Assembly (NCBI GenBank): GCA_012518275.1
Contig: JAAYSS010000065.1
Location: forward strand, 15,995 to 79,994
Direction: 5' to 3'
DNA: 64,000 bases
Source of the DNA: Bacteroidales bacterium
GTDB taxonomy: Bacteria > Bacteroidota > Bacteroidia > Bacteroidales > Paludibacteraceae
Positions 10,701 to 19,565 of the stretch are shown piece after piece. Position 1 is the first letter of the stretch, and the number at the start of each line of letters is the position of its first letter. Below the pieces are notes generated by a model. It did not search any database. It had not been told where the DNA came from and saw only the letters and a list, made by a program, of their open reading frames with translations. Position numbers and translations under genes: made by a program.

Positions 10701-12059
10701 TCAATTGCCTTCTTTTATAAGCTTCTGAGTTTTTATGCCTTGCGGAGTAAATACTCGTAGCAGGTAAATTCCGGGTTTGAAGCTTGCTAGGTCTATAACG
10801 CCTGAGCGCTCTTTTTGTTCTTTTTCGAGAATTGTTTTTCCGCTCAAATCAGTTACTATCCACCGATTAACTTCATAAATTTCACTGTTGAAATAAAAAA
10901 TAGCTTTTGATGGGTTAGGATAAACATTGATTTTATTTCTTGCGTCAAAGGAGTTTCGAACAGTCGTGGCAGTATCAGTTATCTCCGTATAATTAATTTC
11001 TATACGACTCCCTTGCGACATTAACATTTCATTGTTAAATTGATAAGGAATGAATGTGTTGAAAAGTTCTCCTTTCTCACCGCCCCAAAATTCATTTTTT
11101 GCTTCTATTAGATTAGCACGCGAGTATTGGAAATCTGAGTAAACTACCGACCAAGCAGGGCGAAAATCATTGAAAATAGGCAAGTAAGTTGTTTTTTTAG
11201 TTAGCAGTCCGTTTGTGTTGTATTGATATTCATGCTTCAAATCGTTGATCCATACTGCTCCGCTCCAATGTTGGTAAGTCTCAGCTGTTAGACGGTGAGA
11301 AATATCGTATTGATATTCTGCCATTTGAGAATTAACCCAAACACCAGACTTATTGTTCCATATTTTTCGTATTTCGGATGATTTAAAAGGAAAGTTTGAT
11401 TTATAATAATAGTTTGTCAAAGAAGAATTAACCCAAACATCATTCTCTTTTACCTTTGTCAATATCGATTTTACTTGCTTCAAGTCATTGTATGTAAACT
11501 CCACTTTACTTTCAGATGTTGGAATACCGTTTGTAAATTCATGCAAAAGCATTGAATCAATCCTATTTTCAGTGTAAAAAAACTTTACGTCAGACATCGG
11601 CAGCCAGGCAGTATTTATCCAGTTGTATTCTGTTTTAATGTCAAGCAGCCCTTCTTTGTAAGTGTAAACTGTTTTACAGATATTTTCTGGTGCTCCGGAA
11701 CGTGTATTTAAGTGCGTTTCAGTTGTGAGCAGAGTATCGGTGTATTCAAATCTTATTAAGTGTTCTGGTTGCCACTCAAATTCTTTCCAAGTACGCAAAT
11801 GCTGTTCCGTACAAACTCCGTTTTCAAAAACCCACTCAGTTAACTCTCTTTTGTGCCAATTATCGTTGATTAAAACCCACTTTGTTTCAAGCGTTTTGAT
11901 CCCGTTTTCGTTATAATTATACAAATAACGAAAAATACTGTCGCCTTGCGTTAATCGCACTTCGGTAATAAGCGGATTCTCGCTTTGAGCCAGAAGAGTA
12001 AATACCGAACATAGGCAGAAAGCAATACATAAAGACAATTTACGAAGTGTCGGTAGCAT
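10701..12059 (-). CDS. T9SS-sorted secreted repeat protein, function unknown
   Basis: 452 aa. Signal peptide, repeated aromatic YxY(N/D)xxG...W units, and a C-terminal ~80-aa type-A Por/T9SS sorting domain (NVYPNPS...GIYLLRVFT...KLIKE). Confidence 0.7.
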   Translation of the reverse strand: MLPTLRKLSLCIAFCLCSVFTLLAQSENPLITEVRLTQGDSIFRYLYNYNENGIKTLETKWVLINDNWHKRELTEWVFENGVCTEQHLRTWKEFEWQPEHLIRFEYTDTLLTTETHLNTRSGAPENICKTVYTYKEGLLDIKTEYNWINTAWLPMSDVKFFYTENRIDSMLLHEFTNGIPTSESKVEFTYNDLKQVKSILTKVKENDVWVNSSLTNYYYKSNFPFKSSEIRKIWNNKSGVWVNSQMAEYQYDISHRLTAETYQHWSGAVWINDLKHEYQYNTNGLLTKKTTYLPIFNDFRPAWSVVYSDFQYSRANLIEAKNEFWGGEKGELFNTFIPYQFNNEMLMSQGSRIEINYTEITDTATTVRNSFDARNKINVYPNPSKAIFYFNSEIYEVNRWIVTDLSGKTILEKEQKERSGVIDLASFKPGIYLLRVFTPQGIKTQKLIKEGN

Positions 12060-12235
12060 AATCTTAAGGGTTAGGATACTATGTTTTTTATTAAACGGTC
12101 AAAGATAGATACATTTTTTTAAATCACAAAATCCTATTTCTCTCTTTATGAAGGTGAAAATTACCAAAATGCTTTTCAAAATGCGGATAATTCCGTAATA
12201 TTGCATTTTGAAAAACCAAATAAAAAAACTCGAAT

Positions 12236-12889
12236 ATGAAACAGATTTTTGCTCCCTATGTGGATGATTTGAACAGAATAACTATTGAGAAAGCGAGTGT
12301 CCTTCTTGACGAAGTTGGCGCCAAAGATGTGATTGAAACTATAAATTGGCCCAATCAATATCCGTACAAACCGGAAACAAATTTCCGAATAGCACGCTCA
12401 AAAGATGCTATTTTTATCAAATATTCGGTAAATGGTTCCATGTTGAAAGCTGTTTATACAGAAGACCACTCATCGGTACATGAAGATAGTTGCGTAGAGT
12501 TTTTCTGTATGCCTGAAGGTGCTGAAAAATACACAAACTTTGAGTTTAACTGTATCGGAACATGCTCTGCTAGCAGCCGTAAAGGACGAAGTGAAGATGT
12601 GGTCCCTTTTTCGGCGAAAGAGATGAAAAGTATTGAGCGGTACTCGTCAGTTGGCACAGAACCATTTCAAGAAAAGGACGGAATGTTTGAATGGAATTTG
12701 ACTGTGAAGATCCCGATGAAGTTGATGGGATTGGATACTGAAAATCTGCCTGAAAAAATTCGCGCTAATTTCTACAAATGTGCTGATGATACAAAATCTA
12801 TCCACTTTGTAAGTTGGGCGCCAATACAAATAGAAAATCCGGATTTTCACAGACCCGAATTTTTTGGTGAGTTGTTTTTTACAAACTAA
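12236..12889 (+). CDS. carbohydrate-binding-family-9-like (CBM9/DOMON-like) domain protein
   Basis: 217 aa with no signal peptide. It resembles, from memory, the conserved CBM9-like family (EDSCVEFF, NFEFNCIG, FYKCAD, FHRPEFFG). Not verifiable here. Confidence 0.45.
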   Translation: MKQIFAPYVDDLNRITIEKASVLLDEVGAKDVIETINWPNQYPYKPETNFRIARSKDAIFIKYSVNGSMLKAVYTEDHSSVHEDSCVEFFCMPEGAEKYTNFEFNCIGTCSASSRKGRSEDVVPFSAKEMKSIERYSSVGTEPFQEKDGMFEWNLTVKIPMKLMGLDTENLPEKIRANFYKCADDTKSIHFVSWAPIQIENPDFHRPEFFGELFFTN

Positions 12890-12925
12890 CGAAAGACATT
12901 GGCTTTAAAAAAGAGATAGCAAGAA

Positions 12926-13189
12926 TCAAATTATTTCAGCTTCTGTCTCTTCTACAGCATTTCCTTTTTCAGCTTCGTAGTTATCCACCATTTTATCCAA
13001 AATGGCAATTATTACGTACGGAGCTGCCAGTTTTGCCACATTTGTAACTGCGTTTAGTGTTTTCGTCCGCTTGTTTCTGCTGGCATAGAGAAACAGTCCG
13101 CCACCGATTACCGCTCCTACTATGAAACTGACCGGAAGTTTCGGAGCTTTCTTTTTAAATGCCTGTATTGCTTTCTTTTTGCTGTTCAT
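12926..13189 (-). CDS. small hypothetical membrane protein
   Basis: 87 aa. Lys-rich N-terminus, one clear TM helix (PVSFIVGAVIGGGLFLYA) and an acidic C-terminus. It is the only ORF filling this gap. Confidence 0.4.
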   Translation of the reverse strand: MNSKKKAIQAFKKKAPKLPVSFIVGAVIGGGLFLYASRNKRTKTLNAVTNVAKLAAPYVIIAILDKMVDNYEAEKGNAVEETEAEII

Positions 13190-13352
13190 GATATTTAGGC
13201 TTAGCTGTTTACTGTTACTTAAATTCTCTTATTTTCACTTGCCACGGTTGCAAAGGAAAAGAATATGTATTGATAAAACAAAACCGAAATCAGATTAGTT
13301 TATTTTTTCTTAATAAAAACTTTTTTATTTCGCTCATATTTGCAACTTTGAT

Positions 13353-13360
13353 TATTTTTG
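13353..13360 (+). promoter_or_regulatory. -7 promoter motif upstream of murF
   Basis: TATTTTTG, 13 nt before the ATG. Confidence 0.4.
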
Positions 13361-13373
13361 CAAAAAATCACGC

Positions 13374-14675
13374 ATGAAACTTTACGAAATATATAAATCT
13401 CATTCGATAATTTCTACAGACAGTCGTACGTGTCCGGTGGGTTCTTTGTTTTTTGCTTTGAAAGGAGAAAATTTTGATGCAAATGCTTTTGCGCTCGGAG
13501 CTCTTGAAAAAGGGGCTTCTTACGCGGTAATCGATAAACCTGAATATGCGGTGGATGAGCGGTTTATATTGGTCAATGATTCGTTGAAAACGTTACAAGA
13601 TTTGGCGAGATTTCATCGTCGGCAGCTTGGCACGAAAATTATCGGTATCACCGGAACGAACGGGAAAACGACTACAAAAGAGTTGATTGCTACCGTATTA
13701 AGTCAAAAATTTAACACCCATTTTACACAAGGAAATTTCAACAATCACATTGGGGTGCCGCTTACGTTGCTTCAACTAAAACCAGAACATGAAATTGCTG
13801 TGGTGGAAATGGGTGCGAATCATCCGGGCGAAATAAAGTTGCTTACTGAAATCGCCGAACCTGATTTTGGACTTATTACTAACGTGGGAAAAGCGCATTT
13901 GGAAGGCTTTGGTTCATTTGAAGGTGTGAAGAAAACAAAGGCAGAACTGTATGACTTTTTACGCCAGCACAACGGCAAAATTTTCCTAAACGAAGAAAAT
14001 GAAAACCTGCAGGAAATGGCTCAAAAATCGGGATTTTCGGAAAAACACAGCATACTCGGTTATGCTCTTAACAGTAGGATTGAAGGTAAGTTGGCGACAG
14101 GAAAAATAGTTTCCGGTTCTCCATTTCTTGAAATGGAATGCTCAACTTCAGAAGGAAGTTTTGGTGTAAAAACTCAACTTATAGGCAGATACAATGCAGA
14201 AAACGTACTTGCTGCTGTTTCAATTGGAGCATTTTTTGGCATTTCAAACGAGAAAATTAAGTTTGCACTTGAAAATTATCAGCCACAAAACAACCGTTCT
14301 CAATACATACAAACCGCTAAAAATAGGCTGATTATTGATGCGTACAATGCTAATCCGACAAGTATGCAGGCTGCAATTTTGAACTTTGCAGAAATGGAAG
14401 ACGAGAATAAAACGCTGATAATAGGTGATATGCTTGAACTTGGAGAGCAGTCGGACGCAGAACATCAACGAATTGTGGATTTGATTGTAGAAAAAGGCTT
14501 TACGGATGTTTTTCTAGTAGGCAAATGTTTTCAAGCTGTGAAAAGTAATTTTATTAACTTTGCAGATGTGGATGAATTGACCGTTTATTTACAAAAAAAT
14601 CCGTTTCAAAATCGCTTTATCTTGGTAAAAGGTTCGCACGGAATTCATTTGGAAAAAATTATCGGCGAACTGTAA
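13374..14675 (+). CDS. murF: UDP-N-acetylmuramoyl-tripeptide--D-alanyl-D-alanine ligase
   Basis: 433 aa. Mur-ligase P-loop GITGTNGKTTTKE and DAYNANPTSM motif. Confidence 0.92.
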   Translation: MKLYEIYKSHSIISTDSRTCPVGSLFFALKGENFDANAFALGALEKGASYAVIDKPEYAVDERFILVNDSLKTLQDLARFHRRQLGTKIIGITGTNGKTTTKELIATVLSQKFNTHFTQGNFNNHIGVPLTLLQLKPEHEIAVVEMGANHPGEIKLLTEIAEPDFGLITNVGKAHLEGFGSFEGVKKTKAELYDFLRQHNGKIFLNEENENLQEMAQKSGFSEKHSILGYALNSRIEGKLATGKIVSGSPFLEMECSTSEGSFGVKTQLIGRYNAENVLAAVSIGAFFGISNEKIKFALENYQPQNNRSQYIQTAKNRLIIDAYNANPTSMQAAILNFAEMEDENKTLIIGDMLELGEQSDAEHQRIVDLIVEKGFTDVFLVGKCFQAVKSNFINFADVDELTVYLQKNPFQNRFILVKGSHGIHLEKIIGEL

Positions 14676-14733
14676 TGTTTTAGTTAAAACCGGGAACGGG
14701 TAGAATGTAGAATACTGTAATTTTAGAAATTTT

Positions 14734-15627
14734 ATGGAAAAGAAAAAACTAACCACTTTATTGGCTGTGTTGGGAGTCGTCATTGCGTTGCTGATTGTCG
14801 GTTTGATTGTGTTTGCAAATAAATCAAAGAAGCAAAGCAAGCAGCTGGCTGAAACTGAGCAGTTTATGGAAGAAGAAAAACAGCAGATGGTTACTGAAGT
14901 GGAAGCCATTGCCGATGAGATGGAAGGCTTTACGCTATACGTTCATAACGATTCGCTGTTGCGGGAATTTGATATGCAGAAGCAGAAAATCAAAGAGCTG
15001 CAAGATGAACTTCGCCGAACAAAAGCCACCAATGCAAAACGAATTTCTGAACTGAAAGCCGAAATTGCCACGTTACGAAAACTGCTGGCGCACTACATTG
15101 AACAGATTGACTCTCTAAATTCACAGAACCAGCGGCTTACCACAGAAAACATCGAAGTGAAACAACGTTTCCAAAACGTATCAGCCACTGCCGAACAGTT
15201 GGCAAAGGAGCGTGAGTCACTCACCGAAACCGTGAGCCGCGCAGCCATTCTGGAAGCTCACAGCATCAGTGTTACACCGCTTGACGGGCGCGAACGGAAA
15301 ACGGAACGCGCTACCCGTATGCGTACATTGAAATTTAACTTTACGATTGGCAAAAACATTACTGCGGCGCCCGGGATGAAAACTGTGTATTTGCGCCTAA
15401 CAAGACCCGACGACGAACTGATGACCAAAGGTGGCGGCACTTTCCCCTACGAAAACGGTAATATAGGCTATTCCATTAAAAAAGAAATTGAATACAGTGG
15501 CGAAGCATACAGTGACGTGATGTACTGGAATGTGGATGAAGTATTGCAGCTTGGAACTTATCGAATTGATTTGTTTGCAGATGGAAACCGGATTGGAAGT
15601 CAGTCGTTCCGAATTGAGAAAAATTAA
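14734..15627 (+). CDS. membrane-anchored coiled-coil protein, unknown function
   Basis: 297 aa. N-terminal TM anchor (LLAVLGVVIALLIVGLIVF), about 130 aa of heptad-like Glu/Lys/Gln-rich sequence, and a C-terminal ~120-aa beta-rich domain. Confidence 0.6.
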   Translation: MEKKKLTTLLAVLGVVIALLIVGLIVFANKSKKQSKQLAETEQFMEEEKQQMVTEVEAIADEMEGFTLYVHNDSLLREFDMQKQKIKELQDELRRTKATNAKRISELKAEIATLRKLLAHYIEQIDSLNSQNQRLTTENIEVKQRFQNVSATAEQLAKERESLTETVSRAAILEAHSISVTPLDGRERKTERATRMRTLKFNFTIGKNITAAPGMKTVYLRLTRPDDELMTKGGGTFPYENGNIGYSIKKEIEYSGEAYSDVMYWNVDEVLQLGTYRIDLFADGNRIGSQSFRIEKN

Positions 15628-16015
15628 ATTTCTTTTAACTTTTAAATGTTGCAATTGTGTTTACTTTGTTTGTAATCTTTATTTATGTGCCAATTTGCTA
15701 TGTTAGTGTGCGGTTGTTTGGAAAGGACAACGGGTTAAAAGGATATAGACTGGAAGCTACGCTTACTGTCATCAGTTTGACACCGTTTTTGGGTATTCCC
15801 TTAGCCAATTATGCTTTTTCGGACAGCTAATCAATCATTTTCTGCTACCGACAGGTTTGTAATTCGTACTTTGCTTGCCGATATCTTTTAACAGAGCAAA
15901 CGAGGTTTTAGCAAAATGGATTTATCAAATTTCACGCTTTTTATCAGCAGGCTTATTCAGACGCGGCTAATCGCAAAGAAATTCTAAAATAAAAGGATTT
16001 AAACAGAAAAATACT

Positions 16016-16023
16016 TACATTTG
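16016..16023 (+). promoter_or_regulatory. -7 promoter motif upstream of the FKBP-TPM-LemA cluster
   Basis: TACATTTG, 49 nt before the ATG at 16073. Confidence 0.45.
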
Positions 16024-16072
16024 CGAAGAATTATTTTCTCTTTGATTATACTCAAATTCAACTTTTTTAGAT

Positions 16073-16555
16073 ATGAAATTATTTTCATTCCAACGAATTT
16101 TTCCGATACTCGGATTGTTTGTTTTTATCCTGCTCTTTTCCGCTTGCGAAAAATCGGATAAATACATCGATTGGAAAATTATAAATCAAGATTGGTACAA
16201 TCAACACAAAAATGACCCGGGCTTTACCGTAACCGAGTCCGGTCTTGTTTATCGACGTGTCGGTCCTAAAGCCAATCCGGCCGACAGAACACCGAATGCG
16301 AATGATGTTGTGATTGTAAATTATGAAGGAAAATATATTGATGGAATTACGTTTGAAGATGCTAAAAATAAACCCATTACTTTAAGTGGAGTAGTTCCGG
16401 GCTTTCAAGAAGCGCTTCTGAAAATGAAGCAAGGAGAAATTTTTGAGTTTTACATACCTTTTGAAATTGGCTATGGAAAAAAAGGAAGAGGCAACATCCC
16501 ACCTTATACTACGTTAATATATCAGGTTGAATTGCTCGAGTCAAAAGCCTATTGA
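16073..16555 (+). CDS. FKBP-type peptidyl-prolyl cis-trans isomerase, lipoprotein
   Basis: 160 aa. Lipobox LLFSAC. FKBP core VIVNYEGKYIDG, PGFQEALLKMKQGE, YGKKGRGNIPPYTTLIYQVELL. Confidence 0.85.
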   Translation: MKLFSFQRIFPILGLFVFILLFSACEKSDKYIDWKIINQDWYNQHKNDPGFTVTESGLVYRRVGPKANPADRTPNANDVVIVNYEGKYIDGITFEDAKNKPITLSGVVPGFQEALLKMKQGEIFEFYIPFEIGYGKKGRGNIPPYTTLIYQVELLESKAY

Positions 16556-16557
16556 AA

Positions 16558-17883
16558 ATGAAGAGAATCGGTTACATATTCTTGCTGTGTGTCCTTTCGT
16601 TTCCCTTGTTCGGACAGAGCTATACAGTGGAATCTGTGCCTAATCCCCAAGAAGCTGCCGTTCCAAGTTTCGTGAGCGACCCCGACAACCTGCTGAAACC
16701 TGAAACCGAATTAATCATCAACACGCAGATTGACTCGCTGTGGAAAGTAAACGATACCGAAATGGCGGTCGTGGTGCTGAATTCCATCGGTTTCGAGAAT
16801 GAAGATGACTTTGCCAACCGACTTTACAACCACTGGGGAATTGGTGGAAAATCGCAAAACAACGGCGTGCTACTGCTTGTCGTTCAAGACATCAGACGCA
16901 TCGTGATACGTACAGGCTATGGCGTGGAAGGCATTCTGCCCGACATCACGGCGCACCGTATTATTTCAGACATCATCGTGCCGCACTTTAGAAACGGCGA
17001 TATTGATGCCGGTGTTATTGCTGGAGTGGACGGCGTCATCCGCGTCATTCGTGAAGAACCCTTCGTGAAGGAAACTCGCAAGCCGGTAAATTGGGGCGAA
17101 GCGCTACCTTACGCCGCTGCCGGATACATCATTTTCATGTTTCTTACTTTACTGTGGATTGTAACTGCTGTTCGCAAGGTGCATCAAAACAAAGTCCTTT
17201 CCACGAACTTAGCGCGTTACAAAGCCATCAAAGACCAAAATAAAGCTACGTATGCCATTTCTGCGTTCACGTTTCCGATGATTGCATTTTTTATCATTCT
17301 TTTTTTCTTCCGCTTCGAATACATTTTGCTGCTTCTTCCGGCGCCGATTGCCGCCCTGCCTGCGTATTTGTATGGAAGACGAAAAATGTACAAAGCGCGT
17401 CGTGCGCCGATTCCCTGCAATGTTTGCAGCAATAAAATGCACATGCTTTCCGAGCGGGAAGAAGACACGCGGCTGAAGGTTTCGCAACAATTCGAAGAAA
17501 AACTGAACACGGTGGATTACGATGTTTTTGTGTGCGACAACTGCCAGAACGAAGCGGTATTCTCGCTTGATAAATTCAATGCGTACACGCGATGCCCGCG
17601 TTGCAACACAAAGGCGTACATCCTGCATTCCAAACGAACGGTTTTGATGCCGACCTATTTCAATTCAGGCACACAGAGAAGTACTTTCAAGTGCAAGTTT
17701 TGCGGATTTGAAGATCATAACGACACGAAAATTCCACGGTTAAGACGCACAGCCGCATTTACCGGAGGCGCAGTTGGCGGCGGAGTTTTCAGCGGACGGG
17801 GTGGATTTGGCGGTGGAGGCTTCGGAGGCGGAGGATTTGGAGGAGGAATGACGGGCGGAGGCGGTGCTTCCGGTGGGTGGTAG
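16558..17883 (+). CDS. TPM (YgcG-like) domain membrane protein with four-CxxC zinc-ribbon insert and Gly-rich tail
   Basis: The ATG at 16558 is preferred over the TTG at 16552. Signal peptide; TPM core (EMAVVVLNSIG...NNGVLLLVVQDIRRIVIRTGYGVEGILPD); three hydrophobic helices; PCNVC/VCDNC/RCPRC/KCKFC; C-terminal GGGFGGGGFGGG tail. Confidence 0.8.
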   Translation: MKRIGYIFLLCVLSFPLFGQSYTVESVPNPQEAAVPSFVSDPDNLLKPETELIINTQIDSLWKVNDTEMAVVVLNSIGFENEDDFANRLYNHWGIGGKSQNNGVLLLVVQDIRRIVIRTGYGVEGILPDITAHRIISDIIVPHFRNGDIDAGVIAGVDGVIRVIREEPFVKETRKPVNWGEALPYAAAGYIIFMFLTLLWIVTAVRKVHQNKVLSTNLARYKAIKDQNKATYAISAFTFPMIAFFIILFFFRFEYILLLLPAPIAALPAYLYGRRKMYKARRAPIPCNVCSNKMHMLSEREEDTRLKVSQQFEEKLNTVDYDVFVCDNCQNEAVFSLDKFNAYTRCPRCNTKAYILHSKRTVLMPTYFNSGTQRSTFKCKFCGFEDHNDTKIPRLRRTAAFTGGAVGGGVFSGRGGFGGGGFGGGGFGGGMTGGGGASGGW

Positions 17884-17936
17884 GTAATTTATTTACGATA
17901 GAATTTTTACATTTATAAATATTAATACATTCAATT

Positions 17937-18527
17937 ATGAAAAAAGGTGGTATCAGTTTCTTAATTATTTTAGGAATACTTGCAGTCTTATTTTTGTGGG
18001 GAGTAGGCGGTTACAATGGGCTTGTTGCTTCACAAGAATCCCTGAATAAAGCATGGGCAAATGTGGAAAACCAGTATCAGCGTCGCGCTGACTTGATTCC
18101 AAACTTAGTGGAAACCGTGAAAGGTTACGCGAAACACGAAAGCGGAACGCTCGAAGCGGTAGTAAATGCCCGTTCAAAAGCTACTCAGATGACCGTTGAC
18201 CCGAACAATTTGACGCCTGAAAAATTACAGGAATTTCAAGCAGCTCAAGGCGAGTTAAGCAACGCTCTTGGACGTTTACTTTTACTTCGCGAAGCGTACC
18301 CGGATTTGAAAGCAAATCAGAATTTCCAAGAACTTCAAAAACAACTGGAAGGAACGGAAAACAGAATCACGGTAGCCCGCGATGCATTCAACCAAGAAGT
18401 TCAAAATTACAATACCCTTGTAAGAAGATTCCCGAAAAATATTTTGGCAAAAATTTTCGGTTTTGATCGCAAACCCACTTTCGAAGCTGAAAAAGGAGCT
18501 GAACAAGCACCGGAAGTGAAATTTTAA
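17937..18527 (+). CDS. LemA family protein
   Basis: 196 aa. N-terminal TM helix and the LemA-type helical domain (NQYQRRADLIPNLVETVKGYAKHE...LEGTENRITVARDAFN). Confidence 0.85.
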   Translation: MKKGGISFLIILGILAVLFLWGVGGYNGLVASQESLNKAWANVENQYQRRADLIPNLVETVKGYAKHESGTLEAVVNARSKATQMTVDPNNLTPEKLQEFQAAQGELSNALGRLLLLREAYPDLKANQNFQELQKQLEGTENRITVARDAFNQEVQNYNTLVRRFPKNILAKIFGFDRKPTFEAEKGAEQAPEVKF

Positions 18528-18541
18528 TATAAATCAATTTT

Positions 18542-19543
18542 ATGAAATACATTCCTTCTCCCGATAGATATACAACAAAATCTGTCGGCTATAACTATTG
18601 TGGAAAAAGCGGACTAAAACTCCCGAAAATATCACTTGGCTTATGGCATAATTTCGGTGATATAAGTGACCAAGACGAAGCACGGAAGATGCTTCACACG
18701 GCATTTGACAACGGAATTACTCATTTCGATTTGGCAAATAATTATGGCACTCCGTTCGGAAGTGCAGAAACCAATTTTGGAAAATTTCTGAAAAGTGATT
18801 TCGCTTCTTATCGCGATGAGCTAATTATTAGTACCAAAGCCGGATACTTCATGTGGGACGGTCCGTATGGAAACTGGGGTTCTCGTAAATACCTTATTGC
18901 CAGTCTTCATCAAAGCTTAAAGCGAATGGGACTCGATTACGTGGATATTTTTTACTCACACCGCTACGATCCGAACACTCCGCTTGAAGAAACGATGGGT
19001 GCACTTTCGGATATGGTAAAGCAAGGTAAAGCACTCTATGCCGGCATTTCAAGATATCCTTCAGAAAAAGCGCGAGAAGCATTTAGAATTCTTAATGCAA
19101 ATGGTACTCCTTGCTTGATTCATCAAGATAAATACAACTTATTCAGCCGTGATGTAGAACAATCAATTTTTCCACTGGTGGAAGAACAAGGAATTGGGCT
19201 TATTGCATTCTCGCCGTTGGCACAAGGACTTCTGACTGACAAGTACTTGGAAGGAATTCCGAAAAATTCGCGCGCAGCGCAAAAAACTGGATTTTTACTA
19301 AAAAATCAGATTACCCCACAAATAATCGAAAAGGTAAAAAAATTGAATGACTTTGCTAAAAAGCGGAAACAGTCGCTGGCTCAAATGGCGCTCGCTTGGT
19401 GTTTAAGAGATTCACGCGTAAATTCAGTTATTATTGGAGCAAGTTCTGTTGAGCAGCTGAAAGATAACATTAACGCGTTGGAAAATCTTGACTTTACCGA
19501 TGAAGAATTGTGGCTAATCGGGGAGATTGCGGGAAGCAATTAA
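18542..19543 (+). CDS. aldo/keto reductase (YghZ/L-glyceraldehyde-3-phosphate reductase-like)
   Basis: 333 aa. AKR motifs GITHFDLANNYG, LIISTKAG, VDIFYSHRYD, and C-terminal IIGASSVEQL. Confidence 0.8.
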   Translation: MKYIPSPDRYTTKSVGYNYCGKSGLKLPKISLGLWHNFGDISDQDEARKMLHTAFDNGITHFDLANNYGTPFGSAETNFGKFLKSDFASYRDELIISTKAGYFMWDGPYGNWGSRKYLIASLHQSLKRMGLDYVDIFYSHRYDPNTPLEETMGALSDMVKQGKALYAGISRYPSEKAREAFRILNANGTPCLIHQDKYNLFSRDVEQSIFPLVEEQGIGLIAFSPLAQGLLTDKYLEGIPKNSRAAQKTGFLLKNQITPQIIEKVKKLNDFAKKRKQSLAQMALAWCLRDSRVNSVIIGASSVEQLKDNINALENLDFTDEELWLIGEIAGSN

Positions 19544-19565
19544 AGTATACCCTGCATAAATTTTA

